From the human T2T-CHM13v2.0 reference genome, Homo sapiens: a stretch of 64,000 nt of DNA. The notes under the pieces were generated by a model. That model saw nothing but the letters and a program-made list of their open reading frames with translations, was not told where the DNA came from and did not search any database. The translations under genes and the position numbers were made by a program. The stretch lies in assembly GCF_009914755.1 (NCBI RefSeq), contig NC_060947.1, one strand, 5' to 3'. Position 1 is the first letter of the stretch; every line of letters starts with the position of its first letter. Below, piece by piece: positions 39,517 through 57,332 of this stretch.

Positions 39517-41292
39517 TGACACACTTATCAGACTAGTTTTGAATATTTTATCACATGATTTTTGATGACATTCTTTTGAAAAATCACAGTTTCTTGAATG
39601 AATGAACCTATTGTTCTTATCTAGATGGAACATTCTCAAAAAGATGATGGGCACTCTAAATCATAGTCTTTCTTCCCCTATCTAAATAGAATCCAAACTG
39701 GTACCAACAACACTCAGGAAAGAAACATCTGCATGTGACTTTCTTGTGTGTTTTTATCAAAGTGCAGCACCTATCAAGAGAGACAAGCTGTGATCTGCAT
39801 CTTACCAGTAACCAGAGGTGCTGGGCTATGGGTCAGGAGGTTTGTGTTCTAGGCTGGCCTTTGCTGCTGACCTCCTGTGTGACTTATCACAGATCATTTT
39901 TGGCCTCGGTTTTCTGACTTGTTTTCAAAAAGAAAGATTGTTTTAGATGACTACTTAGGTCCCTCACAGTACTAAAAGCCTATAGTCTGTACTTTTAATC
40001 ACAATCTATGAGATGATTCGATTGTCTTAATTTGTTCATGCTCTCTTCCTTTAATCCCACTGAGTGTCCTTAACATACAGGTAATGGAACACATTGACCT
40101 TTATTTTTGAAGTTAGTCCCAGATCAGGAAATTTCTCATAATGCCAATGATTTCTTAGAATACAGGACTCTTCTGCATCCCATTACCAGTAAAGGTACAC
40201 ATACACAGGCAAGGAAAATAAGTATATTCTTCAGGCTATGGGGGCAAGTGTCTGAAATTATTCTGATCTACCTAGAAACTATCTTACTTTTTTTCCTTCT
40301 CTGCTTTATGAGTTGAGAGAGCCTGGTTGATCTGCTTCCTTTCGTTTGACTTTGTAATTATTGTTCAGGCAAATATAAATAGTACTAGTATTGGACTAGT
40401 AGGTAGCCAAGAAAGAGAAACTGGAACAGCTATATGTGCCCACCTCCCCACTCCCCACTCCCATAACCAACAGAAAGTATAGCAACAAAAAAAGGAACAA
40501 GCACTACAGTGGATTTCCATGCCCCGCTAGCATGCATGTGTAATATACTATAGCCTATCAGATGGTTTCCACATTTGTCCTAGCTGTAAGTCACAAGGCA
40601 TTTTGATACAAATAATACTTGCGAATAAGCTGTATAAAATACTCACCAAGCAACACTGAAGCTGTCCCTGGAAGTGACAGTTTGCAGTCATGAATGATGA
40701 AATATCCTTTGTGTATAAGGCAATTGTGTTGGTTATAGAAAAAGAAATGAGACTTCCTAGGTTTCTTCCTTCTGTGGCTTTTTTTTTTTTTTTGGAAACA
40801 GGAAAGCTTCCTATACAATGATGTTAGGACCTATATTTCATTTCATTTCAACTTTCATTTACAGTTGTTGTTGTAAAGGGAAAACATTTTAATCAGTTTC
40901 TGCATGAAGGTCAGATAACACTGTGAACAAAAGTAATTTCTTTATGATAATATCAAAACAAAAGCATTGCTACACTTAAATTATGAAGCATGTTTCCCTT
41001 ATCTGCAGTACAATTGTATGACTTAATAGAATCTGGGAGCGTATCTCATTTATGCTACTGGTAAACTCAAGAAATTCTCTTCCTTTTAAGGTCTGAAGTT
41101 GTGATATCGCCTAAGAATGAGACCAGATAATATTATGTCCTGGGTATAAATTAAGTTACTTTGAAAAGGCATGAGAATTATTTTAGGTATTTGTTTGTTT
41201 GTTTGTTTGTTTGTTTTTGTAAACTGAAGCAGTGTTGACATTTTCTATCCTTTTGTGGCTTAGAAGATGCCATATGATTTTTTTTAATGCCC

Positions 41293-41297
<5 letters not shown>

Positions 41298-41348
<51 letters not shown>
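41298..41348. repeat. (TG)n microsatellite
   Basis: About 25 perfect TG units. Confidence 0.97.
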
Positions 41349-41352
<4 letters not shown>

Positions 41353-42519
41353 GGAGGTAATGAAGTGGGGCAGAGGTATTCATAATAAAGTCACTTTTAT
41401 CTGGTTTTGGAGTGCAAAAAGATTCACATTTAGTAGATACACACAAACACGCATATCCTGAACTTCTGCCTGTACACGTCTTCTTCCCAACCTCCTTCTA
41501 CATTGTGCTTATCAGTTGCCTGCAAAGGAAAATTTGAGACTGTCTACTCCAAGATCGTGGAGAAATTGATTAGAGTTGCAAATGCAGACTATTGCCTGAA
41601 GTACCTTCAGGAACATGGTATAGAGCTAGGTGATGTATAGTGATAATACAACATATGCATCCACCCACCCACATCCATACTTTCACATTCTCCAATATCC
41701 TTTCTGGTCCATCATTTTAAGAAGTTCCATAAATTTAGGCTGCAGTCTAAAGCACAAGAAGAGTTTTAACAGTCGCACAGGATGTCACAAAAATTGTGGT
41801 ACTTCTAAGAATTTAATCCAGGAGAATTATTCCATCCCATTCTTAAACTGTAACCACAAGGCATTTCCCCAGACCCTCAAATTCTTATCCATATCTTTAT
41901 GGCACCATATATGTTTCTAGAAGTAAGAAACATAGCCGGTTCCATTTTGGAAGTCTTCTTAAGCATTGTGACTTCATATTTTACTAGTGAGAATGCTGGG
42001 GAAAAGTAACATTTCATCTTTCATGAACATTTCTAGGATTATGTAGAGAGGAAAGAATATTTGAAATGTTTTCTAGCCACTGAAAAGTACTGTAACACTC
42101 AGACAAATCCCATCTCCCATGATATCTAAAAGTGATCCAGAGACTTATTACAGTAATTTTAGATGGGGTCTCTGAACCACATTGATCAGAAAGAAAGATT
42201 ATCTAGTAACATAGGCAAAACAAATTAGCTGTCCTTAATATCTAGTTGAAATCCTTAAAAAGGAGAATTACTGTCTTTCAGTATCTGCAGGGCTGCTAAC
42301 ATTGGAAATTATAATGGTGACTATATACATCTTTATAATATTATATCACCAGGTCCCTGGGCTACTCTATCACTGAGCTTCTTAATCTCCTTTGACCAAA
42401 TAGCAATTTAAAAGGGAATTGGTAGCATTCAGGCATCTGCTACCCTGTAGAAATATTTTAAAGCATTTTCATCTTGCCTTCAAGGATCCAATGTAATGAC
42501 TTAAAAAAATATTTTGGGG

Positions 42520-43350
42520 AGAAACCATTGCTAGAAAGAGCACTAAACTTCAACTTCAGAAAACCTGGATTCCATCAATAAGCAGTTGAGTAACCTTGAG
42601 AAAATCACCTAGAAATTTGAACTTCAATTTCTTTATCTGTAAAACTGAGTAACTAAAACTAGGTGAGTTATTGTGATAACCTTCTAATTGAACTGTCTGC
42701 TTCTGGGCTCAGCCCCATCCCCTATTTTGCATCCCTGTTGTCAAAAATAACATACAAGTCTGACCATTTCATCTCTTCCAAGGACTGTTACAAATTTCTC
42801 CCCATCCTTCTTTCACTTCCAGTTTTATTTCCTACCACACCCATTTTTGTTTTATGCTACAGTTATACCAAAAAAATTGAAATTTTCTTAGTTTAACATG
42901 CTGCTTTACCTTTCCATGCATCTGCACATGTGTTATTCCACCTGCGTGGATGACCCTTCAACAGTGTCCTACACTCTGGTATTCCCAATAAATTTCCTTT
43001 AGTCTTTGAAATCCCAGCTCAGATTGATGCTCCCTAGCGAAGCCTTTTCTATCTACCAAAGACCCTACTGTGGACTATCTTTGTGATTTTTTCACATTTC
43101 TATTATTGTATTTATCCCAAAATGTTGTAACATATTTATTTCTTATCTGTCTTCTCTTTAATATTTTTTCAGCCAGGGCTTATGCCTGCTTTCTTGCCTG
43201 CCTTCCCCCCAACAAATACTTATAGAAGGCTTACTTTTGCCAGACAGTGTTGTCAGCCCAGAGGGATACAACAGTGAACAAAGCAGACAAGAATACCTGT
43301 CATTATGGAGCTTCTGTGTCTTATTCAGGTCTGTATCCCTAGAACCTAGC
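42520..43350 (+). mobile_element. MIR followed by L2 fragments
   Basis: TTTCTTTATCTGTAAAACTGAG MIR core; L2-like GTATCCCTAGAACCTAGCACAG. Confidence 0.6.
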
Positions 43351-43661
43351 ACAGAGACTAGCATTTAGTATGTAAACAAGCAATAATTTTGGTTTGAAGC
43401 CAAGAAATCAGAATTATGGTTACATTGGAAACTCCCATATCTTTCTCTTTCTTACTGCCTACACTATGCATTTAGTGTTCTACTTGTACATACATTAATA
43501 TTTAGTTATAATAGTTAATCAGTGTGTCTTACTTGCCTAAGTTTCTATATAACTTTGTTTCCATTGGTGCTGTCTGTCAAACACCATTGTCTGTCAATCA
43601 GCTTCTGGGGGTGCTATGCTCTCTTAGTTGTTCAGACCCAACACACTAAAAGGGGTGCCCT

Positions 43662-44520
43662 TTCATTCATTTATTCAATCAATAAATATTTATTGAACAT
43701 CTACTATTATGTCAAATAAGACATATGTGCTCCTGCCCTTTTAGAACTTACAGTCTATTGAGCAAGACAAGCAATGAACAAGTAAATAAATAAATATGTT
43801 ATTACAACATATGATTGTTGCTATGGAGGTAATGACCATGAAGCTGTGATAGAGAGTAATGGGGACAGCTACCAACTTTAGAGTAATTGAGGAAGGCCTC
43901 TCAGAAGAAGTGACATGTAGGTCACCCCAAAGGATGAAAAGTATCCAACCATGTAAAAGGTTAAGGGACAGCATCAGGGGACAAAGGGACAGTAGGTGCA
44001 AAGCTCCTGAGGTGGCAAAGAGCTTAGTGAATTGGTTTTGGGGAAAAGAGCAGTGTAGCTGGAGTTTAGATAGTGAGAAGATGATTAAATTAGAGAAGTA
44101 GCAGGTGGCTTCGTATGGCATGTTGAGGCACTTAGAGTGTATCCTAATGGGAATGACAAACCGTCGAATGAATGATTTTAAGCTGGAGAGTAACAATCAA
44201 ATTTATGTTTTGAAAATCCCATTCTGAAGACTGTGTAGAGAATGGACTGTGTGTGAGGATGCAGGGACAGCAGTATGGACCTGCTGCAGTGGTCCAGGAG
44301 AGAGATGGTAGTCACCTCAATGAGTGTGAATCCAGGAGAGATGAAGAGAAATGTCAGATTTGGGAGACATTAATTAGACTTACAATCGTATTTAATGTTG
44401 AGGTGGGAAGGGGAAGGAGTCAAAGATTATGCCTAGGCTCTGGCTTGAGCTAGTAGCTGGCTGGAGGTGCTATGAACTGAGATAGGGTTTATGGCGGGGT
44501 GCAGGAGACAAGTTGGGTGG
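43662..44520 (-). mobile_element. L2
   Basis: Reverse L2 tail TTCATTCATTTATTCAATCAATAAATATTTATTGAACATCTACTA, then L2 body. Confidence 0.8.
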
Positions 44521-45115
44521 ATAGAAAATGCATTTTAATGATGACAAACATGGTGGTGGCAATGATGGTGGTAGTGGTGGTGATGTTGGATTTACTATAG
44601 TTGGAGGAAAGATTTAAAAATCTTGCAATTGTCAATAACTTTCTTTAGTGTGTTGGAGAAAGTCCAGTATATGTAATGTATTTAAATTTTGCAAGTCTTC
44701 TGGATGCTTGACCTAGAAAATATGCCTTTGTCCTGTCCTTTATCCCTTCCCAAAGTGACTAGGATTACATTTTCTCTAAATATACCATTAGGAATTAAAA
44801 GATCTCTTACAATTCAGGAAGCTATGAGAATATTTAAGACACAAGGAATAGAGAGAGTAATTCTTAAAAGGTAACAACTTTTCATTTGTTTTCATCTTGT
44901 GCAAATGGTTTATTTTCTCAAAGTTAGGTAACATTTTTAGGCCAGTCTCTATCAAAGTAATATCCAAGGATCTCTTACATAAAAATCACCTAGGGATGCT
45001 GGTTCAAAGTGAAGATCCTTGTCTACACAACTAATCAGAATCTCTAGGGTTGGGGCCCAGGAACCTTTTTTATTTTTTTTTTTCAGGCTGACATTTAAAA
45101 AGCATTGCTTGAGAC

Positions 45116-45582
45116 AAGGTATTCTTAACCTTTTTGGTGCCCCAGTCTCTTTGGTAGTCTGGTGAACTCTGTGGATCCCTTCTCAGAAAACTGCTTAAAC
45201 ATGCATTCAATAAAATACAAGGAAAACAAGTATATTGAAATATAATGATCAAATATTTTAAAAACAAATTTTATATAATATTTTACATACTTTTAATTAA
45301 CATATTAATAATGAGATCTAATACTGGGTCTAATACTACCATAATTTGAAGTAATAGGTGAACATAAATAGTATTTTAACTCATTTGCCACAATTCTAAT
45401 GTGATATGAAATTATCTGTAATTTCTATTAGTGACAAAGTTACAGGTTCAGCTAAAACCACTGTGATTTGTTGCCTAGATTCATAATGGAAGGAAATGCT
45501 AAATTTCAGTCAGAAGTGAATGAAAATAATGGTATAATGTTTTTCCCATCCAAGTTCACAGATACCAGGCTTAGAATCCTTG
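45116..45582. mobile_element. Charlie4a-like hAT DNA transposon
   Basis: TTCTTAACCTTTTTGGTGCC...TCTGGTGAA...CCCTTCTCAGAA start; CCCATCCAAGTTCACAGA...CCAGGCTTAGAATCC end. Confidence 0.75.
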
Positions 45583-46207
45583 GCTTTGAGATTGTGACCA
45601 ACTAGTACAGAGACTAGTGAGGGTATAGTGAAGACAAACTGGAATCCAGATGCTAGTCAACAGAACAAAACTCAGGGATGAAGTCAGTGAGCCTCAATAT
45701 TTGGTATTATTAATTTAAATAATTAAAAGAAGATTCAGGGACCAAAAAAATTGTCCCTGCATTGTTTGGCTTTTAATTGGTTGGTTTGGCTGTTTTGCCT
45801 GAGTGTACCTGGAGAGGCTTGTCTGTATACTCTTGTTATTGTCCCCTTCTCTTGAACCCTGGCTCTTTCAGAGGGTAGCTATGGAGAAAAGTTTAGATTT
45901 TGACCATTTTGGGGTGTTTAATTAAGAACGTTTTCCAGAATGGAGAGAGACATTCAAGGATGAGGAAGTAACATGCGCAGTAATGACAGAGTCAGGAACA
46001 GGCTAGTATTAGAAAACAGAAGGAAGTTCAAAGTAGCTGAGGCATACAGTGGGTGAGTGAGAGAGAGGCAGGAGATGAAGCTGGAGAGATGGATTAGCCT
46101 AAGTCCAAAGAGGGCCTTCAGACTTCATGTACATGTACGAGTTTGGGTATCATGATAGAGTCAGCAGGAAGCCAAAGGAGAACTATATGCTGAAAAGAGA
46201 CATGATA

Positions 46208-46547
<340 letters not shown>

Positions 46548-46726
46548 TTAGGAAAATAAATCTGATGGCAAAATGAGGGATGGGTTAGAGGAAGGCAGAC
46601 CACTTTTGAGGCTTTGGTAAGAATGCAATTGAGAAAAGTATGGTTCTCTGAAGTAAGGCTATGGTCATGAGACAGAAGAGGGAACAGCTATGAGAGATGT
46701 TAATGACTGATTTGGATATATGCCAT

Positions 46727-46991
46727 GAAGAAGAAGAGTTTGGGATGACTTTGAAGCTTCTAGCTTGAGACTTCAGGTAAATGGAAGCACCATTAACAGA
46801 GGATACCAATCATGAGAGGCACAGCAGGTTTTTGGGGGAAGGTTTTTAGTTCCTTCCCCTAAAGAAGAAGAATAAGAGTTTGGGATGACTTTGAAGTTTC
46901 TAGCTTGAGACTTCAGGCAAATGGAAGCACCATGAACAGAGGTGCCAATCATGAGAGGCACAGCAGGTTTTTTGGGGAAGGTTTTTAGTTC
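46727..46991. repeat. ~125-bp tandem duplication (period ~140) with an inverted linker
   Basis: 46727-46852 repeated at ~46867-46991. Confidence 0.93.
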
Positions 46992-48398
46992 AGTTTTGGA
47001 TAAGCTGAGTTTTAAGTACCTATTGAACATCAAATGAGAAATGCATGGAGTTTCCATTTTAACCATTTTTCATAGTAATCTTTTAATGTAGGTAAATGAT
47101 GTGAGATATTCTTTTTGTCTATAAATTGACTGACTGAAAATTGTGGGGCAGTTATGTTTCAGAAATATGTAGGATTGGGTATTATATTGTCTTTTTATTC
47201 TAATTTTGATGAAATGTCAACCAATGGCTGTCCTCCAAAGAGTTATAGTTGTATAGTTAATTCTTCTGGATTAAAGAAATTCTTCGTATACTTATGGTAA
47301 TTAATTCTAGCAACATGGAATATCAGTAGGCTTGCCTTCTTATGTCTGGAGTTTAGACTTTTTTTGTGTGTGTTTTGTATTACACATTTTTTGTTGTTCT
47401 TCACTTGGCTTTCTATCATGACTGCTGGAAGGCAGAGGGTTGTAGGTAGGATGGGAGCAAGAAGCAGTGGAAGTGTTTGTGCAGTCATTTTTTGTAACAG
47501 CTCCATGGCATGAAAACTACTCTCAGCAACTGGTGTGAACACAAAGGGAACCGGCTAGTCGCAGCCATCTCCATATTCATTGGCCTTTTAGGTTTTGGGG
47601 CCTAGAATGAGGGGAGAATTTCACTGTGAATGCAGGATGTTGAAATGCAAAATTGGCTTTTAACAAAATTATGAGGGAAGAGATATTTATCTTTGTGTTC
47701 CTTTTACCTCTGCCTCACTATTCTGAATCCCTGTACCTGATGCCTCTGTGTTAGGTTCTGGTTGGATCATGGGCCACACTTTAGCATCTTGCTTAGACTT
47801 GTTCTCTCTAACAGCCATTGTTCCTTTGACCTTTCTCTTTTTGTGATAAAATTTCTTGTTCCTATTTATATTTGATAAATTATTCTATATGAATATCTGT
47901 GGTTACTTACGGCTTAAAATATGCTATACCTTCCAAGTAGCAACTACATTTTAAGAGGGGTCCTGGGACAATGCTTTAACCTAGAGTTACTCTAATGGTA
48001 GGGACAGTACTTATCATAGTTGGGGTCCACAGGTCTTCCCTAATATTTTAAAAATAATATTGATAGCATACACATGTGAAAGACATTTAACAAATACAGA
48101 AGAAAATGTCTTCATTTATAAAGGCTGAGGTAATAGTGAGTAAAAGTAGATATACCAGGCAGAAGTCATTTGTAGAAGCTTGACTGAAGTAGATGAGTTA
48201 TTTTTGAGGATAGTGATAGAAATGGGGTGAAGTGGGATAAGGAGAAATTGCAGATTTTCACTGAAATGACTTTGAGGGCAGGGACCATGCCTTTATATTT
48301 ATGTCCTCCATAGGACCTGGAAGAATGATCTGTATATAGTGTGTAGTAATGGTTAGTTTAAATGAATGAGCAAATCCATGTGGGGAACTATTGATTTT

Positions 48399-48711
<313 letters not shown>

Positions 48712-48802
48712 TAAAGAAACCTTCTGCATGTTTATTTTTCCCTTAAGAATATCCTAAACCCAGATCGAATTTAGAAAGGAAAAGGAAACTTTTGATGGAT
48801 TT

Positions 48803-48805
<3 letters not shown>

Positions 48806-48853
<48 letters not shown>
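48806..48853. repeat. (CA)n microsatellite
   Basis: Direct reading. Confidence 0.97.
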
Positions 48854-48855
<2 letters not shown>

Positions 48856-49664
48856 AATCATTTAAAAAGGTTGGTGGAGATATGAAACGACTTAGGCAAA
48901 AATGAAAACCCATTTATTCATCAATGAACTCCAGGTTGAAGAAAGTTCTATGACTCATAACAAGTTGTGCTGACGAGGGAGTCTTTAAGTTGTCCATTCA
49001 TCCCTTTGTGAGATGTGAGTTTTTTTTGTGTGTGTTTTATTTGGCTTTTTAAATGTTGACAAGTCTCAGGTGTATGTTAATAGAAATTCTGTGATCATAG
49101 GTCCATTAGAACAGCATCTGGGAAGGAAAACTGATGCTAAGAAATCAGCAGTAAGAGGGAATAAAAATGCAACCAAAACCCTTTCGTTGATATGCAGCAC
49201 AAGCTGGTTGGAAGCAAAGGGAGTGATGCGATGATGGAAATCCTCATTAAAATTAAAAGCCATAGAAAGCGGGGAATAGTATCAAAAGCAATGCAACATA
49301 AATCATTATCTACAGGGATAAATAAAATACAAAAGAATTAGTGTTTCCAGTTTATGCTTTATGTTGAAAATAAAAATTTGTTTCTTAGAGGTATCTTTGA
49401 CATGTAACCTAACAATGGCAAACTGCCATTGAGAGTCCAGGCCTTGTTTTAATGAGTACCTCATAACTGTACAGAACTAGAAGCTACAGAGCTCTCCAGA
49501 GTATTAGTAAATCCAGTTTTATGCTATGAAAATAGAAAGTGAAAGCACGTTCACTGTACCTATTCAAAAGTAGGAACAATATTAATATTCTATTTCATTA
49601 CAGAATTTCAGTTAACCTAGGTTTTAGATATGATATGCAAACCACAGAGCAATTTTCTATATTG

Positions 49665-50866
49665 CTATTTTTAATTTTTTTTCAACTTTTTTTTTTTAGA
49701 TTAAGGGGATACATGTGCAGATTTGTTACATGAGTAAATTGTGTGATGTTGAGATTTGGGTAAAGAATGATCCTGTCACCAAGATACTGAGCATAGTACC
49801 CAATAGTTTTTCAACACTTGCCCCATTCCCTCTGCCTTCTAGTAGTCCCCAGTGTCTATTGCTGCCATCTTGATATCCATGCGTACTCATTGGTTAGCTT
49901 CCAATTATAAGTGAGAACAAGTGGCATTTGGTTTTCTGTTCCTGCATTAATTTGTTTAGGATAATGGCTCCAGCTCCACCCATATTGCTGCAAAGGACAT
50001 GATTTCATTATTTTTTATGGCTGCATGATATCCCGTGGTGTATATGTATCACATTTTCTTTGTCCAGTCCACCATTGATGGGCACTTAGGTTGATTCCAT
50101 GTTTTTGCTATTGTGCATAGTGCTGCAATGAACATGTGAATTCATGTGTCTTTTTGGTAGAAAAATTTGTTTTCTTTTGCATATATACCCAGTAATGGGT
50201 TATTAGTAAATAACCCATTATTTATTAGTAAATCCAGTTTTATGCTATGAAAATATTTAGATATGATATGCAAACCATGGAGCAATTTTCTTTTTTTTTA
50301 TTATACTTTAAGTTTTAGGGTACATGTGCACAACGTGCAGGTTTGTTACATATGTATACATGTGCCACGTTGGTGTGCTGCACCCATTAACTCGTCATTT
50401 ACATTAGGTATATCTCCTAATGCTATCCTCCCCCTCCCCCTACCCCACAACAGGCCCCCGTGTGTGATGTTCCCCTTCCTGTGTCCATGTGTTTCCATTG
50501 TTCAATTCCCACCTATTAGTGAGAACATGTGGTGTTTGGTTTTTTGTCCTTGCGATAGTTTGCTATATTGCTATTTTTAATTTTTCTTCAACTTTTGTTT
50601 TAGATTCAGGGGGTACATGTGCAGGTTTGTTACATGTGTAAATTGTGTGATGTTGAGATTTGGGTAAAGAATGATCCTGTCACACAGATCACCATTTGAC
50701 CTAGGTCAAATGGCAGTTCTCTTTTAACTTCTTTGAGAAATCTCCAAACTGTTTTCCACAGTGGCTGAACTAATTTGCATTCCTACCAGTAGTATGTAAG
50801 GGTTCCCTTTTCTCTGCAGCATCACCAGCATCTGTTGTTTTTTGACTTTTTAAAATCACTATTCTA
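49665..50866 (-). mobile_element. Old L1 (L1PB/L1PA15-16-like) 3' end, broken by a complex insert at ~50200-50700
   Basis: 3'UTR TTTTAGATT(A/C)AGGGG..ACATGTGCAG; consensus stops at CCCAGTAATGGG (50199) and resumes at GGTCAAATGG (~50704). Confidence 0.88.
50291..50564 (-). mobile_element. Short young L1PA 3'-end fragment (~270 bp)
   Basis: TTATTATACTTTAAGTTTTAGGGTACATGTGCACAACGTGCAGG...TTGCGATAGTTTGCT. Confidence 0.95.
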
Positions 50867-51187
50867 TGGCTATTATTAAGCCACATTATGAAAAAGTTAA
50901 GAAACAACAGGTTGCAGAGAAAACAGAATGCTTATACACTGTTGGTGAGAATGCAAATTAGTTCAGCCATTGTGGAAAGCAGTGTGGCAATTCTGCAAAG
51001 AACTTAAAACAGAATTACCATCTGACCCAGCAAATACATTATTGGGTAGATCCCTAAAAGAATATAAATCATTCTACCATAAAGATACATGTGTCCATAT
51101 GTTTGTTACAGCACTATTTATAATAGCAAAGACATGTAATCAACCTAAATACCCACCAACAGTAGATTGGATAAAGAAAATGTGGTA
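50867..51187 (+). mobile_element. Older L1 ORF2 C-terminal fragment
   Basis: ORF 50970-51188 (WKAVWQF...IAKTCNQPKYP..DWIKKMW). Confidence 0.85.
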
Positions 51188-52496
51188 GGGATTTCCTGGC
51201 AAGATGGCCAAATAGGAACAGCTCCGGTCTGCAGCTCCCAGTGAGATTGACACAGAGACGGGTGATTTCTGCATTTCCAACTGAGGTACCCCATTCATCT
51301 CATTGGGACTGGTTGGACAGTGGTTGCAGCCCATGGAGGGTGAGCCGAAGCAGGGTGAGGCGTTGCCTCACCTAGGAAGTGCAAGAGGTTGGGGAATTTT
51401 CTCCCCTACCCAAGGGAAGCCGTGAGGGACTGAGCCTGAGGAACTCTGGCCCAGATACTGCACTCATACCATGGTATTCACAACCCGCAAACCAGGAGAT
51501 TCCCTCTGGTGCCCACCCCACCAGGGCCCTGGGTTTCAAGCACAAAACTGGTTGACCATTTGGGCAGACACCAAAGTAGCTGCAGGAGTTCTTTTTCTCC
51601 ATACCCCAATGGCACCTGGAACACCAGTGAGACAGAATCAATTACTCCCCTGGAAAAGGGTGCTGAAGCCAGGGAGCCAAGTGGTCTGACTCGGCGGGTC
51701 CCACCCTCACGGAGCCCAGCAAACTAAGATCCACTGGCTTGAAATTCTCACTGCCAGCACAGCAGCAGTCTGAGATCGACCCAGGACATTCGAGCTTGTT
51801 CGGGGGAGGGGAGTCCGCCATTGCTGAGGCTTGAGTAGGCAGTATTACGCTCACAGTGTAAACAAAGCCACTGGGAAGTTTGAACTGGGCAGAGCCCACT
51901 GCAGCTCAGCAATGCTGCTGTGGCCAGACTGCCAGATTTCTCTACTCTGGGCAGGCATCTCTGAAAAAAAGGCAGCAGCCCCAGTCAGGGACTTATAGAT
52001 AAAATTCCCATCTCCCTGGGACAGAGCACCTGGGGAAAGGGGCAGTTGTGGGCGAAGCTTCAGCAGACTTAAATGCCCCTGCCTGACAGCTCTAAAGAGA
52101 GCAGTGGACCTCCCAGCACAGTGTTCAAGCTCTGATAAGGGTCAGACTACCTCCTCAAGTGGATCCCTGAACCGCATGTATCATGACTGGAAGACACCTC
52201 CCAGATGGGGCAGACAGACACCTCATACAGGAGAGCTCTGGCTGACATCTGGCAGGTGACCCTCTGGGAGGAAGCTTCCAGAGGAAAGATCAGGCAGCAA
52301 TCTTTGCTGTTCTGCAGCCTCCACTGGTGATACCCAGGAAAACAGGATTGGGAGTGGACCTCCAGCAAACTCCAGCAGACCGGCAGCAGAGGGGTCTGTC
52401 AGAAGGAAAACTAACAGAAAGGAATAGCACGTCCACTCAAAGACCCCATCTTAAGGTCACCAACATCAAAGACCAAAGGTAGATAAATCCACAAAG

Positions 52497-53523
52497 ATGG
52501 GGAGAAACCAGTGCAAAATGGCTGAAAATTCCAAAAACCAGAACGCCTCTTCTCCTCCAAAGGATCACAACTCCTCACCAGCAAGAGAACAAAACTGGAC
52601 AGAGAATGAGTTTGATGAATTGACAGAAGTAGGCTTCAGAAGATGGGTAATAACAAACTTCTCCAAGCTAAAGGAGCATGTTCTAACCCAATGCAAGGAA
52701 GTTAAGAACCTTGAAAAAAGGTTAGAGGAATGGCTAACTAGAATAACCAGTGTAGAGAATAACACAAATGACCTGATGGAGCTGAAAAACACAGCAAGAG
52801 AACTTCGTGAAACATACACAAGCTTCAATAGCTGATTCGATCAAGCGGAAGAAAGGATATCAGTGATTGAAGATCAACCTAATGAAATAAAGAGAAAAGA
52901 CAAGGTTAGAGAAAAAAGAATGAAAAGGAATGAGCAAAGCATCCAAATAAATATGGGACTATGTGAAAAGACCAAATCTACATATGATTGGTATACCTGG
53001 AAGTGATGAGGAGAATGGAATGAAGTTGGAAAATACTCTTCAGGATACTATCCAGGAGAACTTCCCCAACCTAGCAAGACAGACCAACATTCAAATTCAG
53101 GATATACAGAGAACACCACAAAGATACTCCTTGAGAAGAGCAACCCCAAGACACATAATCATCAGATTCACCAAGGTTGAAATGAGGGAAAGAATGTTAA
53201 GGGCAGCCAGAGAGAAAGGTCTGGTTACCCACAAAGGGAAGCCCATCAGACTAACAGCAGATTGCTCTGCAGAAACCCTACAAGCCAGAAGAGAGTGGGG
53301 GCCAATATTCAACATTCTTAAAGAAAATAAATTTCAACCCAGAATTTCATATGCAGCCAAACTGAGCTTCATAAATGAAGGAGAAATAAAGTCCGTTACA
53401 GACAAGCAAATGCTGAGAGATTTCATCACCACCAGGCCTGCCTTACAAGAGCTCCTGAAGGAAGCACTAAACATGGAAAAGAACAACCAGTACCAGCCAC
53501 TGCAAAAACATACCAAATTGTAA
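52497..53523 (+). pseudogene. L1 ORF1p, disrupted
   Basis: MGRNQ... to ...QPLQKHTKL*, with an in-frame TGA at 52833-52835 and a frameshift. Confidence 0.93.
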
Positions 53524-53585
53524 AGACCATCAACACTATGAAGAAACTGCATCAACTAATGGTCAAAACAACCAGCTAGTATCAT

Positions 53586-57332
<3,747 letters not shown>

